From Acidobacteriota bacterium (GTDB lineage Bacteria > Acidobacteriota > Polarisedimenticolia > Polarisedimenticolales > JBBIHW01), in contig JBBIHW010000001.1 of the NCBI GenBank assembly GCA_037446795.1, positions 1 to 31,157 of the forward strand: 31,157 bases of DNA, read 5' to 3'. Below the pieces are notes generated by a model, which was not told where the DNA came from, ran no database searches, and saw only the letters and a list, made by a program, of their open reading frames with translations. The translations under genes were made by a program, and so were the position numbers. This document shows, piece by piece, positions 8,716-16,784 of the stretch; the stretch's first letter is position 1, and each line of letters begins with the position of its first letter.

Positions 8716-9900
8716 ATGAAGCTCGAGGCCATCCAGGCCGCACTCAGGGAGGCCGGGCTCGACGGCTGGCTGTTCTGCGACTTCCACCATCGCGACCTCA
8801 TGGCCTACCGCATCCTCGACCTGCCCACCTCGGGCATGACGACGCGGCGGTGGTTCTACTGGGTCCCCGCCGAGGGCGCTCCCGTGAAGCTCTGCCACCG
8901 CGTGGAGCCGCGCAAGCTCGAGGCGCTGCCCGGCCGGCAGGAGCACTTCCTCTCCTGGCAGGAGCTGCACGAGAAGCTGCGCGAGGCGCTCGGGCCGCCC
9001 TGCCGCCTGGCGATGCAGTACTCGCCCATGAACCACATCCCGTACGTTTCGGTCGTGGACGCGGGCACGGTGGAGCTCGTGCGCTCGTTCGGCCACGAGG
9101 TGGTCAGCTCCGCCGACCTCGTCCAGCGGTTCGAGGCGGTCCACGGGAGCGAGGGCTGGGAGAGCCACACCTGGGCGGGCGAGCGTGTGCAGCGCATCAA
9201 GGACGAGTCCTTCGCCCTGATGGACGGGGCGCTCCGGCGCGGCAAGCCCCTCAGCGAGCACGACGTGAAGGAGTTCATCCTCGCGCGCTTCCGCGACGAG
9301 GGGCTCACCAGCGACGGGGAGAGCCCGATCGTGGCCTTCGACGATCATGCAGCGGACCCGCATTTCGAAACGACGCGGGAGGGGGCCTACGGGCTTCGGC
9401 CCGGCCGGGCGATCCTCGTGGACCTGTGGGCCAGGCGCGCCGAGCCGCCGGGCATTTACTACGACATCACCTGGTGCGGCTTCGCGGGCGCCGAGCCGCC
9501 GGCGCGGCTGCGGGAGATCTTCGAGGTCGCCTGCCGCGCCCGCGATCGCGCCCTCGCGCTTCTGGAGGAGCGGTTCCGTGCGGGACGCGCGGTGCACGGA
9601 TTCGAGGTGGACGATGCCTGTCGCGAGGTCGTCCGCGAGGCGGGCTACGGCGCGTTCTTCCTCCACCGCACCGGGCACAGCATCGGGACGTCGGTACACG
9701 GCAACGGGGCCAACCTCGACAACCTGGAGACCCGCGACGAGCGGCGCCTCGTTCCGGGTGTCTGCTTCTCCGTCGAGCCGGGCATCTACCTCGAGGGGGA
9801 GATGGCCGTCCGCACGGAGATCAACGTGTTCCTGGCGCACGACGGCCGCCCGCACGTGTTCGGGCCGGTCCAGGATGCGCTAGTCCTCGTGGGCGCGTAG
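8716..9900 (+). CDS. M24 family metallopeptidase (Xaa-Pro amino/dipeptidase-like)
   Basis: Pita-bread metal ligands VDLW, YYDIT, HRTGHSIG, SVEPGIY and RTEIN. ATG 8716 (MKLEAIQ) is preferred over the track start at 8500. Confidence 0.88.
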   Translation: MKLEAIQAALREAGLDGWLFCDFHHRDLMAYRILDLPTSGMTTRRWFYWVPAEGAPVKLCHRVEPRKLEALPGRQEHFLSWQELHEKLREALGPPCRLAMQYSPMNHIPYVSVVDAGTVELVRSFGHEVVSSADLVQRFEAVHGSEGWESHTWAGERVQRIKDESFALMDGALRRGKPLSEHDVKEFILARFRDEGLTSDGESPIVAFDDHAADPHFETTREGAYGLRPGRAILVDLWARRAEPPGIYYDITWCGFAGAEPPARLREIFEVACRARDRALALLEERFRAGRAVHGFEVDDACREVVREAGYGAFFLHRTGHSIGTSVHGNGANLDNLETRDERRLVPGVCFSVEPGIYLEGEMAVRTEINVFLAHDGRPHVFGPVQDALVLVGA

Positions 9901-10521
9901 ACACCAGTCCGCGGCTTCGACCACGCGCGCCGCCGCCTCGGTCACGCGCCCCTCGAACAGGTGCGAAGCTCCCGGGACCTCGTAGAGACGCGCCAGAGGT
10001 GCGAGGGGAGCGATCGCGACCCGCACCTCCCGGGGCGGGCCGAACTCGTCCGCGCCGCCCTGAACGACCGCGAGCGGCCGGGACGTCCTGCGGATCTCTT
10101 CGTGAGGCAGGTACCGGAGCGGCAAGCCGAGCGCCACGAGGCCCCTGGCTGCAGGCTCGCGCGCCGCGTAGCGGATCGCGCAGGAGGCCCCGAACGACGT
10201 GCCGACGAGGAGGAGGGGGAGCCCGTGCGCGATCCTCCGGAGCCACGCCGCCGCCGCCGCCAAGTCGTCCACCTCGCCCCTTCCCTCGTCGTGAAGCCCG
10301 TCGCTCGAGCCAGCGCCCCTGAAGTTGAACCTCAGGGTCAGGAACCCCGCACGGTTCAGCTCGCGGTCTGCGTGGAAGACGACCGGGTTGTGCAGCGAGC
10401 CTCCGAAGAGAGGATGCGGGTGGGCGAGGACGGCCGCAGCGCGAGCCGGCAGGGCGAGCCGGAAAGCCGCCTCCAGCCGGCCGGCCGGCCCCTCGATCCA
10501 GAGCCTGGCGGGGTCGCCCAA
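9880..10521 (-). CDS. Alpha/beta-fold hydrolase
   Basis: HPHPLFGGSLHNPVV, FNFRGAGSSDG, nucleophile elbow GTSFG, QGGADEF and GASHLF. TTG start at 10521 lies 5 nt after GGAGG. Confidence 0.87.
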   Translation of the reverse strand: MGDPARLWIEGPAGRLEAAFRLALPARAAAVLAHPHPLFGGSLHNPVVFHADRELNRAGFLTLRFNFRGAGSSDGLHDEGRGEVDDLAAAAAWLRRIAHGLPLLLVGTSFGASCAIRYAAREPAARGLVALGLPLRYLPHEEIRRTSRPLAVVQGGADEFGPPREVRVAIAPLAPLARLYEVPGASHLFEGRVTEAAARVVEAADWCLRAHED

Positions 10522-10685
10522 GGCGTCCTCCGTTCGAGGTCCGCACGCGAAGCATAGCGAGGGCGGCGTTTCCGCGCGACGAGCCGTGGCGTTGCACAGG
10601 GGCAACGCCCGACGGTGCCGAGCGGAGCTCGGTCCCTACCTTATTCTGATCGGGGTCCCGCGACGCCTCCGGGGGAGCGTTCGGC

Positions 10686-11201
10686 ATGGCGACGCGCGCG
10701 AGAGGTCGGCGGTCCGCGTGGACGCGCCGGCTGGCCGGCGGGATCTGGCTCGGCGCCTGGATCGTGGTCCTCTACCTCATGGCCGCGCCCTGGAGAGATC
10801 TCGGCGGGATCGAGGAGGAGAGACTGCGCTGGCTGGAGGGGTTCGTGCTCCTCGCAGGCGTCTCCGTGGGCTTCACCCTGGGCCGCTTCGGCCGCGACAT
10901 GGCGGTGGCCGGCACGGGACGCACCCACGCCCAGCTCTTGCGGTTCGTCCTTTACCCGCCCGCGATCCTGACCGCGGCGGCGCTCATCGCGCTCTCGTTC
11001 CTGGGCGAGCGCGGTGCGGTCGGGGTCACGGCAACGGCGTTCCTCGCCTACTGGGCCGGCCTCGACCTCGCCTTCGGCGCGGTTCCGCTGATGGAAGGAA
11101 GGCCCTATGCCTTCGATCGCCCGCTGGAAGGGGATCCGGAGGAGCTGGAGGACCCCGCTCGGTCCGAGGAGAGCTGGGTTCCTCCGTGGGAGAGACCGTA
11201 G
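10686..11201 (+). CDS. Hypothetical membrane protein (about 4 hydrophobic segments, acidic C-tail)
   Basis: ATG with upstream GGGGAG, GC3-rich codons, four hydrophobic stretches. No recognised family. Confidence 0.7.
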   Translation: MATRARGRRSAWTRRLAGGIWLGAWIVVLYLMAAPWRDLGGIEEERLRWLEGFVLLAGVSVGFTLGRFGRDMAVAGTGRTHAQLLRFVLYPPAILTAAALIALSFLGERGAVGVTATAFLAYWAGLDLAFGAVPLMEGRPYAFDRPLEGDPEELEDPARSEESWVPPWERP

Positions 11202-11289
11202 CGACGCTCCCGCCCCGGTCCGCGGCGATCCCGGCGGCATTCTCCGGGCGGCGAGAGACCGACTTCCCGACGGGTCTCGCCGGAGGCTG

Positions 11290-11532
11290 TCAGGCCGACA
11301 GGCGGGCGCGGACGGCTTCGAGGATCCTCCTGGCGGAGGGGAGGACTCCGAGAAAGGCGAGCGCTCCTGCGTCCACGATCGGCTCCCCGTCCACGAGCAC
11401 CTTGAACTCGCCGTAGCGACCGTGGACCATGTCCACCTCCGCTCCGAGCTCCCGCCGGATGCGCGCCGCCACCCGGGCGGCGTGGAGCGAGGAGACTCAG
11501 TACGCGCAGTAACGAACCGCGACGCGACTCAT
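11290..11532 (-). CDS. Putative selenoprotein, SelW/SelT/SelH (Rdx) family, CxxU motif (UGA at 11499-11497)
   Basis: GGGAGG precedes ATG 11532. Translation: MSRVAVRYCAY(UGA)VSSLHAARVAARIRRELGAEVDMVHGRYGEFKVLVDGEPIV..., 80 aa with read-through. Shows the Rdx pattern YCxxU...G..GEFxVxVDG and has a downstream hairpin. Confidence 0.8.
11464..11482 (-). promoter_or_regulatory. Putative bacterial SECIS element
   Basis: The mRNA reads CGCCGCC-CGGGU-GGCGGCG: a perfect 7-bp stem whose G-containing loop begins 21 nt after the in-frame UGA. Confidence 0.6.
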
Positions 11533-11596
11533 CGAGAAGGCCCTCCCGCGCCCCCGCCGGTGCGGCATGGGGTCCGTCCGAACCCAGCGTGCGCCG

Positions 11597-11605
11597 ACCT
11601 TAGCA
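11597..11605 (-). promoter_or_regulatory. Candidate extended -10 promoter for the selenoprotein gene (TGcTAAGGT)
   Basis: TG-C-TAAGGT on the minus strand in the 102-nt gap between the PFOR stop and ATG 11532. Confidence 0.33.
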
Positions 11606-11634
11606 GAGAGCAGCGACCCGGGACCAGAGGGGGG

Positions 11635-14600
11635 CTATGCTCCCGCTCGGACCCTCCCCGGTCGCTCCACGGAACCCCTCGTCGGCGGGCTCGCGACCGA
11701 GAGCTTCGCCAGGTGCTGCAGGATCGCCGCGCGCCGCTCCACGATCTTCCGGGTCGCCTCGACGAACCTCCGCGCGGCCTCGGGGCCCGCCTCCCCGACG
11801 GCGCGGAAGCGTCCCTCGCGGCGGAGGAACCCCTCGACAGGGACCCTGGGAGCGGGGGAGTCCAGCACGAGCGGCGGCTGGCCCGCCTCCGCGCGGCGGG
11901 GGTCGAACCGGTAGAGCGGCCAGATCCCCGAATCCACGGCGAGCTTCTGCTGCTCGGTCCCGTGCACGAGCTCGTAGCCGTGGGCGACGCACGGGCAGTA
12001 GGCGATCACCAGCGAGGGACCTCGGTAGGTCTCGGCCTCGACGAGCGCCCGCACCGTCTGGGCGTCCTTGGCGCCGAGGGCCACCTGCGCCACGTACACG
12101 TGGCCGTAGCTCATCGCCATGAGGCCGAGGTCCTTCTTCGGCGTCCGCTTCCCCGTCACCGCGAACTTGGCCGCGGCGCCGAGCGGGGTGGCCTTCGACT
12201 GCTGGCCGCCCGTGTTCGAGTAGACCTCGGTGTCCAGCACGAGGACATTGACGTCCCGGCCGGTCGAGAGCACGTGGTCGAGCCCGCCGAAGCCGATGTC
12301 GTAGGCCCATCCGTCCCCGCCGACGATCCAGACCGTCTTCCGCACGAGCCAGTCGGCGATTCGCTCGAGCCTCCTCGCCTCGGGAAGCTCGGCCCCCCGG
12401 AGGCGGCGCTTCAGTTCGGCGACGCGCTCCCGCTGCGCGGCGACCTCCGCCTCGCTGCGGGCCTCGGTCTCGAGGATCGCCCGGGCGAGCGCCTCGCCCA
12501 CGTGCGGGGACAGCCGGACCAGAAGCTGCGCGGCCTGCCCGGCCAGGCTGTCCACGGCCAGCCGGAACCCGAAGCCGAACTCGGCGTTGTCCTCGAACAG
12601 GGAGTTGCTCCACGCCGGCCCTCGGCCCTCCCGGTTCGCGCACCAGGGGGTCGTCGGCAGGTTTCCGCCGAAGATCGAGGAGCAGCCCGTGGCGTTGGCG
12701 ACGAGCAGGCGGTCGCCGAACAGCTGGGTCAGGAGCTTGAGGTAGGGTGTTTCGCCGCAGCCGGAGCACGCCCCCGAGAACTCGAACAGCGGCTCGAGCC
12801 ACTGCGATCCCTTGACGTCGAGCCGCACCGTCTCCCGCGGAGGGTCGGGGAGGCCGAGGAAGAAGTCCCAGTTCGGCCGCTCCCCCTCGCGCAGCGCCGC
12901 GGCCGGCTCCATGCGGAGCGCCTTGCGCGACGGTTCCTGCTTGTCGTGGGCCGGGCAGACGGCCACGCACAGGGCGCAGCCGGTGCAATCGTCCGGAGCG
13001 ACCTGCAGCGCGTAGGACCACCCGCGGAAGTCGCGGCCCTCGTACGCGGTCGTCCTGAACCCCTCCGGGGCGCCCTCGAGAGCCTCCGGCGGGACGACCT
13101 TCGCGCGGATCGCCGCGTGAGGGCACAGCAGCGCGCACTTGTTGCACTGGATGCAGAGGGCCGGCTCCCAGACCGGCAGCTCGCGGGCGATCCCCCGCTT
13201 CTCCCAGCGCGAGGTGCCGACGGGCCAGGTGCCGTCCACGGGGAACGCGCTGACGGGAAGGTCGTCCCCGTGACCGGCGAGCATCGCGGCCGTGACGCGC
13301 TGGACGAAGTCCGGCGCCTCGGCGGGAACGACCGGCAACCGGCTTCGCGGGGAGGTCGCCCGGTCCGGGATGCGGACCTCGTGCAGGTGGGACAGGGCCG
13401 CGTCCACCGCAGCCAGGTTGCGGCGCACGGTGTCCTCTCCGGATCTCGCGTAGCTCCGGCGCACCGATTCTCGGATGCGGGCGAGCGCCTCCTCCCGCGG
13501 AAGCAGCCCGGCGAGCTCGAAGAAGCAGGTCTGCATGATCGTGTTGATGCGCCCGCCGAGGCCCACCTCTCGGGCGAGGCGGTGGGCGTCCACCACGAAC
13601 ACCGCAACCGCTTGGCGACGATCTCCTCCTGGACCTCCCGAGGCAGGTGGTCCCAGACCTTCTCCGGAGGATAGGGAGCATTGAGAAGAACCTTGCCCCC
13701 GGGCTCGGCCCGCTCCAGCACCCGGTGGCGCTCGAGGAGGGGGAACTGGTGGCAGGCGACAAGCTCCGCCCGCCGGAGGAGGTAGGGGGAGCGGATCGGC
13801 TCGCGGCCGAAGCGGAGGTGGGACACGGTCACCGCGCCCGACTTCTTCGAGTCGTAGACGAAGTAGCCCTGGACGTTGAGGTCCGTCGCCTCGCCGACGA
13901 TCTTCACCGAGCTCTTGTTGGCTCCTACGGTTCCGTCCGAGCCCAGCCCGAAGAACAGGGCGCGGAAGCGGCCGGCGGGCTCGATGTCGAAGTCGGGGTC
14001 GAACGGCACCGAGCTGCCGGTGACGTCGTCCACGATCCCGACCGTGAAGTGGTTTCGCGGCGCGTCCCGGCGAAGCTCCTCCAGGACGCCGCGGACCATG
14101 GCGGGGGTGAACTCCTTCGAGGACAGGCCGTAGCGGCCGCCCACGACGGTCGGGGGCCGCTCGCCGGCCAGGACGCCCGAGCCCCAGGCTTCCCGCACGG
14201 CGGCCACCACATCGAGGTAGAGCGGCTCGCCGACGGCGCCCGGCTCCTTCGTCCGGTCGAGCACGGCGAGGGCCCGGGTGGATCGGGGGAGGGCGGCCGC
14301 GAAGTCCGGAACGGAGAAGGGCCGGAACAGGCGGACCTGCACGACCCCGACCTTCTCCCCCCGGGCGGCGAGGTGCTCCACGGTCTCCCGGGCGGTCTCG
14401 GCCGCCGAGCCCATGACGACGACGACCCGCTCCGCCTCGGGGTGGCCGGCGTAGTCGAAGAGGCGATAGGCGCGGCCCGTGCGCGCGGCGAGCTCCTCCA
14501 TCGTCGCCCGAACGATTCCGGGGCAGGCGAGGGTGTACGGGTTCGCGGCCTCCCGCGCCTGGAAGAACGTGTCGGGGTTCTGCGCCGTCCCCCGCAGCAC

Positions 14601-15242
14601 CGGCCGGTCGGGTGTCAGCGCCCTTTCGCGGTGGGCGTGGACGAGCTCTTCGGGGACGAGGGCGCGCAGATCCTCGTCGGAGAGCTCCTCGATCCTCGTG
14701 ATCTCGTGCGACGTTCGGAACCCGTCGAAGAAGTGCAGGAACGGGATCCGGGAGCGGAGCGACGCGAGGTGCGCCACGAGCGCGAGGTCGTGCGCCTCCT
14801 GGACCGACGCCGAGGCGAGCATGGCGACGCCGGTCTGCCGGCAGGCCATGACGTCCGAGTGGTCCCCGAAGATGGAGAGCGCGTGCGTCGCCACGGTGCG
14901 CGCGGCGACGTGCAGGGTGAGCGGCGTCAGCTCTCCTGCGATCTTGAAGAGATCGGGGATCATGAGCAGCAGTCCCTGCGAGGCGGTGAAGGTCGTGGCG
15001 AGCGATCCCGCCTGGATCGCTCCGTGAAGGGCCCCGGCGGCACCCGCCTCGGACTGCATCTGGACGACCTCGGGAACGGCTCCCCACACGTTGCGCATCC
15101 CGCGAGCCGACCACTCGTCCGCCGCCTCGCCCATGGCCGACGCGGGCGTGATGGGATAGACCGCGATGACCTCGCTCAGCCGATAGGCCACCGAGGCGGC
15201 CGCTTCGTTTCCATCCACGGTGATCCGACGGGGTGCCGGCAC
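11635..15242 (-). pseudogene. nifJ: Pyruvate:ferredoxin (flavodoxin) oxidoreductase, NifJ-type homodimeric, with one apparent frameshift at about 13601-13603 (true lesion or sequencing error)
   Basis: GTG 15242 after GGGAGGGAG. The N-terminal frame has DGNEA, YPITPA, MQSEAGAAG and GLGSDGTVGANK; the C-terminal frame has RINTIMQTCFF, CIQCNKC..CP, DCTGC..C..CP, FSGACSGCGE, NATGCSSI and GGDGWAYDIG. Adding one base yields about 1202 aa. Confidence 0.92.
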
Positions 15243-15287
15243 GAGACTCCCTCCCGCAGCGCTCGGGCTGCCCTCGGGACGACCGGG

Positions 15288-15303
15288 TGCACGATCGAAG
15301 CCA
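15288..15303 (-). promoter_or_regulatory. Candidate sigma54 -24/-12 promoter for PFOR
   Basis: TGGCTTCGATCGTGCA has exact GG-N10-GC spacing and lies about 46 nt before the start codon. It deviates from TGGCACG at three positions. Confidence 0.4.
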
Positions 15304-15595
15304 GGCCGGACGCGCCTTCCGCCGCACCGGTCGGCCGCGCGCGGCGCAAACATTGCGATTCGCCCGGGGCGGACGCGCTTTTTTCGGGCCCGCAGGCCGC
15401 GGGGCGCCGGCCCGGGATCCGGGCCGCGGACCCGGCGGGCAGCGGAGCCCATCCTGCTCCCTTTCGGACGGCGGCCGTCTGTTTGCGGAGCGCGCGCGAG
15501 CCCGGCAGGGCGCGCCGGCCCTCTTCCGGTATCGGACAGGTCCGAGGCGATCGGCGCCGCTTCGCGGCCTCTCCGGGCAGACAGCTTCTCGCTCA

Positions 15596-15611
15596 GGGCA
15601 CGCTTGTTGCG
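15596..15611 (+). promoter_or_regulatory. Sigma54 -24/-12 promoter for the cytochrome c-HybA-HybB operon
   Basis: GGGCACGCTTGTTGCG matches GGCACG-N4-TTGC. It is followed by GGAGGAGG and GTG 15643. Confidence 0.65.
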
Positions 15612-15642
15612 ACCTCGCCAGCTCGGGAGGAGGACTGCGACG

Positions 15643-16002
15643 GTGCGCCGGCCCGCTCTCGTGGCTCCGCTCGTGGCGGGGATCGCGGCGGCCGCTCTGG
15701 CGGCGGGCGCGGCGGGGGAACCTGCCAGGTGGCGCCTGCCGGCCGCGATCGTCTTCGAGGGGAATCCGGAGTCGCCCGGACGGGTGGTGTTCCGCCACGA
15801 CAGCCACGTCTCGCTCCAGCCGAAGGCCTGCCTCGGCTGCCATCCGGCGCTGTTCCCGATCCTCAGGCCCGTTCGCACGACGAGCCACGCGCGCATGGAG
15901 GCGGGCGATTCCTGCGGCGCCTGTCACGACGGAGGAAAGGCGTTCTCGGCGCGAGACGGAGGGGCGTGCGAGGTCTGTCACGTCCAGGGGGAACAAGGGT
16001 GA
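15643..16002 (+). CDS. Triheme c7-type periplasmic cytochrome c
   Basis: Signal peptide followed by FRHDSH, CLGCH, CGACHDG..AF and CEVCH (three CxxCH) plus a Met before heme 2. This pattern resembles c7-type triheme domains. SD GGAGGAGG. Confidence 0.88.
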   Translation: MRRPALVAPLVAGIAAAALAAGAAGEPARWRLPAAIVFEGNPESPGRVVFRHDSHVSLQPKACLGCHPALFPILRPVRTTSHARMEAGDSCGACHDGGKAFSARDGGACEVCHVQGEQG

Positions 16003-16784
16003 GCGCCGGACTCCTGATCGACGCCACCCTCTGCGTCGGATGCGGCGCCTGCGAGGCTGCCTGCAAGGAGGCCAACGGGCTCCCGCTCCCGGTCGAAGAG
16101 CGGACCACGGCCTACACCTGGACCGTCGTGCAGCAACGCGAGGGGCAGTACGTGCGCAGGCTGTGCATGCACTGCCTCGAGCCGACGTGCGTGTCGGTCT
16201 GTCCCGTGGGCGCGCTTTCGAAGACGGAGGCCGGGCCCGTCGTCTACGACCCGAAGCGGTGCATCGGGTGCCGCTACTGCATCATGGCCTGCCCGTTCGG
16301 CGTCCCGAAGTACCAGTGGGACCGGCCCGTGCCGGTGGTGGGGAAGTGCGTGCTGTGCGCGGGCCGCCTCGAGCAGGGGCTCGCGCCTGCGTGCGCCGCC
16401 GTCTGCCCGACCGGCGCCTCGCTCTTCGGCCGGCGGGACGAGCTGCTGCAGGAGGCGCGAGCCCGGATCGCCTCGGAGCCCGGCCGTTACGTGAACCGCG
16501 TCTACGGCGCCGAGGAGGCGGGCGGGACCTCCGTCCTCCTGCTCTCGAGCGTCCCGTTCGAGCGGCTCGGGTTTCCCGCCGGCCTGCCGAAAGAGCCGCT
16601 TCCGCTCCGGACGTGGCAGGTCCTGTCCAAGATCCCCGACTTCGTGGTTCTCGCCGGCGTGTTTCTCTACGGGCTGTTCTGGATCACCAGGCGCCGGGAG
16701 CAGGTGCGGGCCGCGGAGGGCGAGCCGCGCGAGGCGGACCTGGACGAGCGGCCCGCTCCGGGAGACGGGGAGGCAGCCCCGTGA
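15999..16784 (+). CDS. HybA/FdnH/NrfC-like 4x[4Fe-4S] electron-transfer protein with C-terminal membrane anchor
   Basis: CVGCGACEAAC, CMHCLEPTCVSVCP, CIGCRYCIMACP and KCVLC...PAC...CP, ending in a C-terminal TM helix. GTGA overlap with the cytochrome gene. Confidence 0.92.
   Translation: MSAGLLIDATLCVGCGACEAACKEANGLPLPVEERTTAYTWTVVQQREGQYVRRLCMHCLEPTCVSVCPVGALSKTEAGPVVYDPKRCIGCRYCIMACPFGVPKYQWDRPVPVVGKCVLCAGRLEQGLAPACAAVCPTGASLFGRRDELLQEARARIASEPGRYVNRVYGAEEAGGTSVLLLSSVPFERLGFPAGLPKEPLPLRTWQVLSKIPDFVVLAGVFLYGLFWITRRREQVRAAEGEPREADLDERPAPGDGEAAP

Noticed and set aside
13595-13612. Programmed ribosomal frameshift in PFOR
   Set aside because: No recognisable slippery sequence, and I know of no precedent in NifJ. 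An error or mutation is more parsimonious.
15243-15996. Long N-terminal extensions of the PFOR and cytochrome ORFs given by the track
   Set aside because: Low-complexity Arg/Pro/Gly translations across a promoter region. SD-supported starts lie at 15242 and 15643.
11107-15998. Long plus-strand ORFs (11107-13674, 11600-13762, and the N-terminal part of 13647-16784)
   Set aside because: Shadows of PFOR. Only the part from GTG 15999 is the real HybA-like gene, and the Arg-rich stretch before it is not a Tat motif.
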